64,000 bases of DNA from Candidatus Cloacimonadales bacterium (GTDB lineage: Bacteria; Cloacimonadota; Cloacimonadia; Cloacimonadales; DAONDQ01): the NCBI GenBank assembly GCA_963662275.1, contig OY759316.1, positions 3,072,001-3,136,000 of the forward strand. The letters are read 5' to 3'. This document shows positions 9,608 to 19,194 of this stretch, piece by piece (position 1 is the stretch's first letter; each line of letters opens with the position of its first letter). The position numbers and the translations under genes are program-made. A model generated the notes under the pieces. That model had not been told where the DNA came from. It did no database searches and saw only the letters and a program-made list of their open reading frames with translations.

Positions 9608-12600
9608 CAGAATCACGGCAGAAAGAACTCTTGGACAGCTTATCGGAAAGAGCGAAGGAACTTAATTGCCTGTATCAAATCGAAGAATTGCTCAAGGATT
9701 ATGAGCGTCCACTGTCTGATATCTTTCACGAACTTGTTCAAATCATTCCCCAAGGCTGGCAATTCCCCAATGATACTTCAGTTCGCATCCAGAACAGAGG
9801 GGATGTTTTTGAAAGCTTAAATTTCCTGGCATCTGAGACAAAATTACAAGCTAACATGGATGTGCAGAACGAAAATGTAGGATATTTGGAGATCTACTAT
9901 CATGGCAACGACAAGCTGGCAAATCCGTTTTTACCGGAAGAACAAAAATTACTGAGTACCATTGCCCAATGGGTGAGTCATTACCTATATTATCGGGATT
10001 TGAATACTCAATCAGCCCTGGCGATTCAGAATAAAAATAAAATAGCTTCCCGAAATGAATGGCAGGCAGTTGTTGAAATGATACGGAAGACAGATTCGGA
10101 TTTTTACCTGAGGCTTTCCCGGAAAATGATGAATTATCTATGTTGGTTAGGAATACCGGAAGCAAGGCACATTTTGCAATCATTTGCTGAAGATAATGCT
10201 CTTTTGGGAGATAATACCGAAGAAAATAAACCAGGAAGAAGAAACGTGGGATTGATGAAAATGGCAGGGGAGAGAATTTTTGAACTAGCTTCCCACTCCA
10301 TTAGTGATGAAGAGATCTTAAATCAAATCAAACGCTGGTTTCAACAAGATAAGATCATGTTTTTCCTGGAGAATCTGGAAAATCTTTCTACTTCCATGAG
10401 TGATTTACACAATGCCCTCACGCGTTTCTCTCATCTTGATAAAATGGACATTTCAGAGCATACCTATTTAAATCTGAAAGTACTCCTGATCTATCGCTTC
10501 TTTACTGAACAACCTGAATTTATCAACATTGCAAAACATTTTGTCGATCCTGAAGATTTTTATGATCTTATCCAGCATATTATCTATCCTTCAAGAGGGC
10601 AAGGAAAGCTGGGTGGAAAAGCAGCAGGAATATTCCTGGCAACCAGCATACTGAAATCAAGTAAGCTGAATTACAAAACACCTAAAACCTGGTATATCAC
10701 TTCGAATGCGTTGCTTTCTTTCCTTAACTACAACAATCTTCGTGAGATTATCGAACAAAAGTATAAAAATGGGGAACAGATTCGTGAAGAATATCCGAAT
10801 ATCATACAAATTTTCAAAAATTCATACTTTTCTCCTGAAATTACGAAAGGACTGCAGCAAGCGCTGAATGATTTTGGTGAAAAACCTCTGATCGTACGCA
10901 GTTCAAGTCTGTTAGAAGACAGGATCGGGGCGACTTTTTCCGGCAAATACAAAAGTCTGTTCCTTGCGAACCAGGGAACGTACCAGGAACGTTTGGCAGC
11001 CTTGATGGATGCAATTACGGAAGTGTATGCTTCTACTTTTGGTCCTGATCCAATCGAATACCGTAAAGAGCGTAATCTTCTTGATTTTCATGAGGAAATG
11101 GCTATTCTCATCCAGGAAGTTGTAGGCGTAAAAGCTGGAAAATATTTCTTCCCCGCCTTTGCGGGAGTGGCATTTTCTTATAATGAATTCCGCTGGTCAC
11201 CTCGTTTGGAAAGGGATAATGGTCTTTTACGCTTGGTACCAGGTTTGGGTACACGGGCTGTTGATCGCATTGGTGATGAATACCCGTTGCTGCTGGCTCC
11301 CGGTCAACCATCCCTAAGAGTAAACACCAATCCTGAAGAAATTTCACTTTATTCACCTCATAGAATAGATGTCATCGACTTGGAAGAAAATACATTTGTT
11401 ACCCATGACCTGGATCTTTTACTGAAAGAGATCAAGGATGAATTTCCACAGGTGGAACAGATGTTCAGCGTGTACAATGATGGTACGATCGTTGAGAAAA
11501 CGAAATTTGGCATCGATTTTGAAAAAGATACACTACTTTTTACGATGAATAGTTTTCTAAAAAACAGTCCTTTTTTGAGCAATATGCGTCAACTTCTCAA
11601 TGTATTAAGGGAGAAGATCGGGATTGGGGTCGATATCGAATTTGCCCACGATGGAAAAGATCTGTATATTCTTCAATGCAGAGGTCAGGGGCTCAGTTCA
11701 GAAAATGCTCCATCCTTAATACCGCAGGATATCAATGAGCAAAATATCATTTTCAATGCAAATACCTATATTTCCAATGGTGCTGTTCCTGAGATCTTGC
11801 ATATTGTCTATGTGGATCCTGCCGGTTATAAAAAACTAACCAACCTTGAAGATTTGAAACGGGTCGGCAGAGCAATAGGACAATTGAATGGAATTCTGCC
11901 CAAACGGAAGTTTATACTGATGGGTCCCGGACGTTGGGGTTCCAAAGGTGATATCAAGCTCGGCGTAAAAGTGACTTATTCGGATATCAATAATACTGCT
12001 ATGCTGATCGAAATTGCCCGTTGTGAAGGAGGCTATTTACCCGATCTATCATTCGGAACGCATTTCTTCCAGGATCTTGTGGAAGCTTCTATTCGTTATT
12101 TACCACTATATCCCGATAATGAAGGGATCATTTTTAATGACCAGTTCCTGGACATTTCTTCCAATATTCTATCTAATTTATTACCTGAATATGCGGATTT
12201 AGAAGAAGTGATCAAAGTAATCGATGTGCAGGGAAATTCGCAGGGAAAGATCTTACGTGTTCTCATGAATGCGGATTTAAACCTGGCAATTGCATATCTT
12301 GATCTTCCGACTTCTTCCAGCACGAATCTAAATATTCCAATTAAAAATACCCCATATTCTACGGAAGCTCCTTGGGTCTGGAGACTGCGTATGGCTGAAG
12401 CTATCTCAAATATGATGGATGGAAAACAATTTGGAGTGAAAGCTATCTATCTGATTGGCAGTACAAAGAATGCAAACGCTGGACCAGCTAGTGATATTGA
12501 TCTTCTTCTCCATTTTACCGGAAATGCTGTGAAAAGAAGAGAACTTCTTAAATGGCTGGAAGGATGGGGTTTGGCACTTGCAGAGATGAATTTTCTGAAA

Positions 12601-12729
12601 ACAGGTTATCGTACAGATAGTTTGCTTGATGTTCATTTAGTTACGGATCATGATATTTCTGAGAAAACAAGCTATGCAGTGAAGATCGGAGCAATCACCG
12701 ATGCAGCCAGGTTACTGAAAGCCTTTTAA
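9604..12729 (+). CDS. GAF-like + PEP/pyruvate-binding domain + C-terminal minimal nucleotidyltransferase fusion
   Basis: Motifs GGKAAG, IVRSSSLLED, FSGKY, DIEFA and LQCR. The C-terminus has YLIGS...SDIDL, the GS/DxD NTase motif. Confidence 0.85.
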   Translation: MTESRQKELLDSLSERAKELNCLYQIEELLKDYERPLSDIFHELVQIIPQGWQFPNDTSVRIQNRGDVFESLNFLASETKLQANMDVQNENVGYLEIYYHGNDKLANPFLPEEQKLLSTIAQWVSHYLYYRDLNTQSALAIQNKNKIASRNEWQAVVEMIRKTDSDFYLRLSRKMMNYLCWLGIPEARHILQSFAEDNALLGDNTEENKPGRRNVGLMKMAGERIFELASHSISDEEILNQIKRWFQQDKIMFFLENLENLSTSMSDLHNALTRFSHLDKMDISEHTYLNLKVLLIYRFFTEQPEFINIAKHFVDPEDFYDLIQHIIYPSRGQGKLGGKAAGIFLATSILKSSKLNYKTPKTWYITSNALLSFLNYNNLREIIEQKYKNGEQIREEYPNIIQIFKNSYFSPEITKGLQQALNDFGEKPLIVRSSSLLEDRIGATFSGKYKSLFLANQGTYQERLAALMDAITEVYASTFGPDPIEYRKERNLLDFHEEMAILIQEVVGVKAGKYFFPAFAGVAFSYNEFRWSPRLERDNGLLRLVPGLGTRAVDRIGDEYPLLLAPGQPSLRVNTNPEEISLYSPHRIDVIDLEENTFVTHDLDLLLKEIKDEFPQVEQMFSVYNDGTIVEKTKFGIDFEKDTLLFTMNSFLKNSPFLSNMRQLLNVLREKIGIGVDIEFAHDGKDLYILQCRGQGLSSENAPSLIPQDINEQNIIFNANTYISNGAVPEILHIVYVDPAGYKKLTNLEDLKRVGRAIGQLNGILPKRKFILMGPGRWGSKGDIKLGVKVTYSDINNTAMLIEIARCEGGYLPDLSFGTHFFQDLVEASIRYLPLYPDNEGIIFNDQFLDISSNILSNLLPEYADLEEVIKVIDVQGNSQGKILRVLMNADLNLAIAYLDLPTSSSTNLNIPIKNTPYSTEAPWVWRLRMAEAISNMMDGKQFGVKAIYLIGSTKNANAGPASDIDLLLHFTGNAVKRRELLKWLEGWGLALAEMNFLKTGYRTDSLLDVHLVTDHDISEKTSYAVKIGAITDAARLLKAF

Positions 12730-13583
12730 TGAAAGCGATATACGTTACTGATTTGCATGGTCGGACAAAGTTATTCAATTTACTGATGGAATACATCTTA
12801 AAGGAAAAACCGGAAGTCTTATTCATAGGTGGTGATATCTTTCCGGGTGGTAGAGGATTGATGGCAGCCTTAAACTATGAATGTGAAGATTTTGTGAATG
12901 AGTTCCTGGTTGAATGGTGTAATCATCTTAAAACTGAATTAACGAATCAGTATCCAAAGATCTTCCTTATCATGGGTAATGATGATTCTGCCTATGATGA
13001 ATTTGCTCTACAATCACATCCCCATTTATGGACATACTGTCACAACCAGGTAGTAATGTGCAATGAATTCACTATTATCGGTTATAATTGCATCCCTCCA
13101 TCTCCATTTCTTAATAAGGATTGGGAACGTTATGATATTTCCAGGTTCGTCGATCCCGGTTGTATTCCTCCTGATGAAGGACGACATACTTACCCTCCTG
13201 ACGAATACGAATATCGGAAAACTATACAAGATGAATTGAATGAGGTAACTGAAGATTTGAATTTTTCACAAACAATCTGTCTATTTCACTGTCCGCCCTA
13301 CAACACGAATTTAGATCGTGCCGCCTTGGATGGTAAAAGTTTTGATTATGCCCCTCTTGATGTTCATATTGGCAGCATCGCCATCCGTCGGTTTATTGAA
13401 GACAACCATCCTATGCTGGGATTATTCGGGCATGTCCATGAAAGCAGTAGAATAACCGGCGTACGTTCAGAAATGTTAGGTCAGACTTTGTGTATTAACT
13501 GCGCAACTGACGATGGCAGCTTATGTATTGCTCAATTTGATTTGTTTGATTTATATACAAGACCCGTATTATATAATCTATAA
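12729..13583 (+). CDS. Calcineurin-like metallophosphoesterase
   Basis: Motifs DLHG, GGD, GNDD, HCPP and GHVHE. TAATG stop/start overlap with the upstream gene. Confidence 0.9.
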   Translation: MKAIYVTDLHGRTKLFNLLMEYILKEKPEVLFIGGDIFPGGRGLMAALNYECEDFVNEFLVEWCNHLKTELTNQYPKIFLIMGNDDSAYDEFALQSHPHLWTYCHNQVVMCNEFTIIGYNCIPPSPFLNKDWERYDISRFVDPGCIPPDEGRHTYPPDEYEYRKTIQDELNEVTEDLNFSQTICLFHCPPYNTNLDRAALDGKSFDYAPLDVHIGSIAIRRFIEDNHPMLGLFGHVHESSRITGVRSEMLGQTLCINCATDDGSLCIAQFDLFDLYTRPVLYNL

Positions 13584-14169
13584 TTACAAATTATTGCTGC
13601 ATCTCCCATAAATAACTACAAGATAAATACTGAGAATAAGTTTATTACTGAGAAAAAGCATCGGTATGATAAGACAAAAAATACAACATCGAGTTACGAA
13701 GAAATCTGAACAGAAAACTGATTTTTTAAGTAATAAGTTCTATTTGGGCATCTTATGTATAAATATATAATGATTCCTGATCGGGGTTTTGCGAGAAGAC
13801 TGTTCTGTTTAAGAGTTATGATTTGATTCAGTGAATTTAATCATTCTCTGCAAGAGCGTTTCGCTTCGGTGATGTCTATTCATGTAATTACCACGAATAC
13901 CCATGAAGAGCTTAACTATATTAACAACTTGCTGCATCGAATGCGAATGAATTAGAACCCCCTAAAATCACACTAATGATTCATGGATATTCATTTTTTT
14001 TACCAACAAATCAACTTAGAAATCATATATAAGAATTTAATCAGATTCTGGAATTTGCCAAATTATTATATTGCATTTTTTTCTCTGAAAAGACTATTAA
14101 GTATTTGAAATGAATATATTTGAACAAAAGAACCACCCAGAAAATGGGTGGTTCTTACTTGTATTTTAT

Positions 14170-17100
14170 CTACTTCAAGAGTAGAATTTTTCGTACTTCT
14201 ACACACTCCCCTGCCTTCATTTTTACAAAATAGACTCCTGAAGGACAAGCTTTTCCAATGAGATTGATACCACTCCAAGTTGTCTGATAAATACCCGCTT
14301 TGTCATTGTTTTTATGAAAGGAAGCCATCAACTGACCTTTCACATTATAGATGGAAATCTCGACTTGGTTAGGGGTTTTTAATGAATAACGAATGGTTGT
14401 ATCTCCAATGAATGGATTCGGAAAGATGCTTTCAAGTCTTGTTAGTTCGGGTATGATTGGTGGTACATCCGGATTGTCATTCTGTTCAACAAAGATGGAA
14501 ACAGGTCCATGAAAACCACTGGTTCCATCCGTGTTTACATATTGAAGCCAATAGTATAATAGAACAGGAGCTTCGATTTCTTCATCCACGAATTGGTATG
14601 TCTGTTGGGTGGATGTATTCAAGGCTGCTACCATGATGTTCATATCCTCTGCCGTCTGCAGGGTATTCTCAGTGCTGCGTAAGATACGATAGCCAACCAA
14701 GTTCGTTTCTGATTGGGTAATCCAATTCAATTGGACATAATTCTGCTGAGTTGTAATAGCCGTGAATGAAGTCAATTCAACAGGAAGGGTCTCGTTTTCT
14801 GCACCAACAGTCCATTCAGAGAACTCGTTTGTATTCACTTGGATCATCCTGGGATTTAATAATGACACATCTACAGGAGTACCTACTGGCTGCCAGCTAG
14901 TGCCATTATACCGATACACTATCGCCTTGTTTTCTGGAGAAAATACATGCCCATTATCAGCAGTGGAGGGCCACACAAGTGTTAGTTGTGAAGTACCTGT
15001 AAATGAACCGTTAATTGTCCATTTCCGATGAATACCACTTTTCCCAAAAACGTCAACCGCCTGATCAAGATGAGTAGCCTGGAAACCAGTAATTTCCAGT
15101 CCGTTTGCCACATGAACACCAACTGCATCATTATTGAATCCTTTTATTCCAATTTCCTGGCTAACCGTTCCAAAAATCTCTGTATTCTGGTTCGTATTCA
15201 AAATTGCTGTTGGTTTCAATACCAAAGATGAAGAAGCCGTATTTAACTGTGAGTTGATTAGAAGCGTCACTGAGCTTTCCACATAGGCATTGGAATTAAG
15301 AGTAACAAGTATACTCGGTGAGATGATGATACTGTTGAGAATCCCAGAACTGGAAGGAATTTCATTGCCTGTGACCACAGTGCTCTGATAGAATAAATTC
15401 ACTGTTCCTTGCCATACAGGTTCCACATCCAATGCCCCAAGACCTCGATTGATTGTTGTGTTATCAATGAAAACGAGATACTGAGAGTTTGTCAGCTCTC
15501 CCTTGAGCAGGTAAAAAGCAGAATAGATATACACATAATCTGTTAATGTTGCTCCGTCAGCACGATCCAGTGTGAAATATCCCAACGTAACTCCGGAAAG
15601 TTCTAAGCCAGTACCCGCTCCTGAGATCGTCAATGATGAAGTCTGAGACCCTGTAAAACTTCCCGTTCCCATAGTGAGATCACCGGTTATCGACAGGCTG
15701 TTATTATTCAGATTCAATGATCCTGCTGTTAGATAAAGATCTTCAACAGTTAGACTTCCACCCATGAGCATTCCGCTTGGTCTGTCTAATACAAGTTCCT
15801 GAAGTGTAACTGACGGAACAGTAGCAGCCAATGCAGTGCCATTAATTGTCAGCTTGGCATCTGCTCCACCTGTCAGGCTTCCCATAAATTGGGTAATGAT
15901 TCCACCCACTGTTAATCTGTGAGAACTCAATAATAAAGCTCCCCTGTTTAAATTCAGATTCGTCGTGATAACATCCCCCGTTAAGGTACAGCCATTCATG
16001 CGACTAATCCCTAAAGTCCCCACTGTAAGGCCTCTCAAGTTAAAATTCAATCCATTGCCACCGATCAATAGGCTGGAAGAAGAATCCGTAATTAATGTAC
16101 CTAAAAATTCGCTCATGATCATGTTGATCGTTAGTTGATTAGCACCTACAGTAAAATGACCGCTGATCAAGTTTAAATTATTAACAGATACATTTCCAAT
16201 CATCGTACACCCACTTGCACGTGAAAGAGATAAATTTCCTAATGTGATTGCTTCCAGGCTGAATGTGGATACAGCACCACCTATCGTTAATGATGAACTG
16301 GTAGTTCCAGTCATGAGTGAACTACCTGTTTTCGTACCATTCATTAAAAGAGTACTCGAACCAATAGAAAGTCCACCGGAAGTGAGTGCAAGTGTACCAT
16401 TAATACTTACTGTCCCACTGATGGCAATGCCATTAGCACGGAGGACATTCAGATTGTTCAGCACAACAGATGGTAATGTTGTTTGAGGTGTGCTGATTGT
16501 TCCCCCAATTATGATGTTGGAAGAAGTACCTCCTGTTAAACTCCCACTTGTTGTATTAATGTAATCGGTAATCGTAAGTGTATTAGAGCTAATCGTTAAA
16601 CTACCAGATAGCAGATCAAGGGAAGTCAGTGATAATACGCCTCCCATTGTCGCCCCTAAAGGTCTGTTTAACGTCAGATTGTGAATACTGAGAGAAGCAG
16701 GAATTGCAAAATTTGCTGCTGTTCCACCAACTGTAATATCGGAACTGCTGCCGGCATTCAAGCTTCCGGAGCCGAAAGAAAGAGCTCCATTCAATGTCAG
16801 ACGATGACTTCCTACCGTAAATGCTCCTGATGTCAGTATCAGGTCAACGGTCGTGATATCGGCACCCATTGTAGCGCCATTACTCCTGTTTAATGTCAAT
16901 TGATTAAGAGTAATCGTTTCTATTGAGAAATTCAATCCGCTTCCACTGATGATCATATTTGAACTGGAACTGCCAACGATCAGGCCTGCTCCGCTTTTTG
17001 TACCTGACATGGTAAAAGTATGACCGTTAATACCCATATTCCCTGTCAAACTTAAAGTCCCGGTTACTGTAACGGCACCGCTTAGCGTAATGCCGCTTGT

Positions 17101-18579
17101 TCGGGAAACAGTAAGATTGTTCAGTGACACTGAAGGTAACCCTGTTGAAGCCCCGCTTCCTCCATAAGTAATATTAGAAGAAACTCCGCCTGTTAAAGTT
17201 CCGGAACCGGATACTGCACCATTGAGTGTTAGAGTATTTGAACCAATAGACAGCGGTCCATTCAATGCAAAAGTACTACCTACTGTTGTTGCACCTGAAA
17301 TGGATTTAGTTCCAGTTGAGGATATCGTCATGTTAGAATAATCAGTTCTCGCAGTCACTACTTGCGCTGAAGCCGAATTGTATTCAATTGTGCAACCACT
17401 CCAGAGCACAATTGAAGGACTATTTGTGCTGGAAACAGTTGTGGATGAAGTACCGGAAAAACCACTTGTATTAGCAGTTTTCAACGTTCCATAAAAGTTG
17501 AAGAGAGCGCTTGAACCCACACCCTTCAATTGATATGTACCTGCATCAAGAATACCTCTTTCATGGAATTGCATACTCGAACCCATTGATACATTATCTA
17601 CCAAAGTATAAGAAGCACCAGACCCGATGTCAATATTATGATGTGCTTGAGCATCATAAGTCAGATCACCAATACCAAAGTTTTTACCTACACCCGTCAA
17701 ATAATAGGTTGGATATCCACCATTAATGACGTTAACAGAATAGAAGAAACCCGCGGAATGCACAAAACTCCCGCCAATGTTATAAGTATTATAGGGCAGA
17801 GTATAGTTATCACGGTAAGTGCCATAAAATTGTCCACCACTGATGAGTAAATCACCCCCAATATTGTAAGTACAATATCCACCACCATTCGACCCATAAA
17901 AGATACCTCCATCCATCGTGATACTTCCACTCATATTGAAAGTATCATTAGCGCCACCATCAGAACCAATAAATGTTCCATTATGTACATAGATATTGGC
18001 AATGCTGAGAGTTTGGTCATCAGTCGTTTGACCACCCTCGAAAGTTCCACCATCAAGTTGCAATGTTCCTCTAACTTCAAAACCAGCAGTACTTCCAGTA
18101 CAATCTGCTATTCCTTGCTTCACAATCAGATTTCCATAGGATACCTGATCCTTGAATGTGATAGGATTATGGTTGAGAACAAAATTGCTTGTATCCTCGA
18201 GGTAACCATTACCACCCCAACCGAGATTACTATACGTGTCATTAGTAACTTCATAAGTACCACCGTTATTTACTCTGCCGGTAATCTGGTGATCAAACAA
18301 GCCGGTGATTATTTTGCCATTGTTTTCTATAATGACATAGGAATTTGAACCGCTGACCGTCCATTTTGCCGAAGCAATCATCACATCATAACCTTCGACG
18401 TAAAATACCTGGTTATCAGCAGTAAAATTGGATGGATGAGAACCGGAGTTGTTCCTGTTTGTCCACCAACTTGTCGTAAGGTTCACATTGAGACTGCCAC
18501 CGGAATAATAATTGGTTGCAAAAAGCAGGGTAAATGGACTTAAAATGAAAATAAGTAGAAACAAATGTGCAATTTTCAT
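14170..18579 (-). CDS. Large secreted Gly/Ser/Thr-rich repeat protein with a FlgD-Ig/T9SS-like C-terminal domain
   Basis: Signal peptide, roughly 70-75 aa internal repeats, LPVELTSFTA, and the tail PNPF...VEISIYNVKGQ...SGVYFVKM. Confidence 0.85.
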   Translation of the reverse strand: MKIAHLFLLIFILSPFTLLFATNYYSGGSLNVNLTTSWWTNRNNSGSHPSNFTADNQVFYVEGYDVMIASAKWTVSGSNSYVIIENNGKIITGLFDHQITGRVNNGGTYEVTNDTYSNLGWGGNGYLEDTSNFVLNHNPITFKDQVSYGNLIVKQGIADCTGSTAGFEVRGTLQLDGGTFEGGQTTDDQTLSIANIYVHNGTFIGSDGGANDTFNMSGSITMDGGIFYGSNGGGYCTYNIGGDLLISGGQFYGTYRDNYTLPYNTYNIGGSFVHSAGFFYSVNVINGGYPTYYLTGVGKNFGIGDLTYDAQAHHNIDIGSGASYTLVDNVSMGSSMQFHERGILDAGTYQLKGVGSSALFNFYGTLKTANTSGFSGTSSTTVSSTNSPSIVLWSGCTIEYNSASAQVVTARTDYSNMTISSTGTKSISGATTVGSTFALNGPLSIGSNTLTLNGAVSGSGTLTGGVSSNITYGGSGASTGLPSVSLNNLTVSRTSGITLSGAVTVTGTLSLTGNMGINGHTFTMSGTKSGAGLIVGSSSSNMIISGSGLNFSIETITLNQLTLNRSNGATMGADITTVDLILTSGAFTVGSHRLTLNGALSFGSGSLNAGSSSDITVGGTAANFAIPASLSIHNLTLNRPLGATMGGVLSLTSLDLLSGSLTISSNTLTITDYINTTSGSLTGGTSSNIIIGGTISTPQTTLPSVVLNNLNVLRANGIAISGTVSINGTLALTSGGLSIGSSTLLMNGTKTGSSLMTGTTSSSLTIGGAVSTFSLEAITLGNLSLSRASGCTMIGNVSVNNLNLISGHFTVGANQLTINMIMSEFLGTLITDSSSSLLIGGNGLNFNLRGLTVGTLGISRMNGCTLTGDVITTNLNLNRGALLLSSHRLTVGGIITQFMGSLTGGADAKLTINGTALAATVPSVTLQELVLDRPSGMLMGGSLTVEDLYLTAGSLNLNNNSLSITGDLTMGTGSFTGSQTSSLTISGAGTGLELSGVTLGYFTLDRADGATLTDYVYIYSAFYLLKGELTNSQYLVFIDNTTINRGLGALDVEPVWQGTVNLFYQSTVVTGNEIPSSSGILNSIIISPSILVTLNSNAYVESSVTLLINSQLNTASSSLVLKPTAILNTNQNTEIFGTVSQEIGIKGFNNDAVGVHVANGLEITGFQATHLDQAVDVFGKSGIHRKWTINGSFTGTSQLTLVWPSTADNGHVFSPENKAIVYRYNGTSWQPVGTPVDVSLLNPRMIQVNTNEFSEWTVGAENETLPVELTSFTAITTQQNYVQLNWITQSETNLVGYRILRSTENTLQTAEDMNIMVAALNTSTQQTYQFVDEEIEAPVLLYYWLQYVNTDGTSGFHGPVSIFVEQNDNPDVPPIIPELTRLESIFPNPFIGDTTIRYSLKTPNQVEISIYNVKGQLMASFHKNNDKAGIYQTTWSGINLIGKACPSGVYFVKMKAGECVEVRKILLLK

Positions 18580-18999
18580 GATACCTCCTATAATCTTGCG
18601 TTTTTTTTCGTAACTCTACGACAATCTTATCGAGCGTAAATTGAGAATTGCATTTTATTCTGACCAATTTGAGTAAGAGTCATGAATGCAACTCTCAACC
18701 CTAACTGAACCACATTCAATAATATGTATTTGTTTCTAAGCTTGTCAACAAAAATTTTATTAATGTATTAATAGCTTTTTCCCTTCAGCCTATCATTTTA
18801 ATAACTCTCACTGTAACACCTTATTTTTATGATATCCCGCTGAATTCATTCTGGTATTTCAAAATCAGAACTATCTCAGTATTGCTGAATCAGTATTTCG
18901 GAATACTTTGTGAATAATACACGACAAGACTCCGCCTTCATACTAGCAGCCTGAATCCAAATTCAAGCCAGGTTCAAACTTGACTCATACCAGTTTCTC

Positions 19000-19141
19000 G
19001 AAACAGGAATGAAACAGGAATGAAACTGGTATGAAACAGGATTGAAATTGGTATAGTCTTTGTGGGCGAAAGGAGCCAATAGGACACAAACTTGGTATAA
19101 ATCGTGGCATAAGATTCCGATCGTGGCATAAGATTCCGATC
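19000..19141. repeat. Short tandem repeats (5 x 11 bp; 2 x 19 bp)
   Basis: GAAACAGGAAT-like x5 at 19000-19054. ATCGTGGCATAAGATTCCG x2 from 19101. Confidence 0.85.
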
Positions 19142-19194
19142 TTATGGACATTTTGCATTGGTAGTATGATGAAACAACTGATGGAAGATTATCA

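Noticed and set aside
13780..13885. Possible decayed gene fragment (minus strand, MNRHHRSETLLQRMIKF)
   Set aside because: Too short and interrupted to assign.
1505..18348. Numerous short antisense or nested ORFs inside long genes
   Set aside because: They are shadows of well-supported CDSs, with no motifs recognised.
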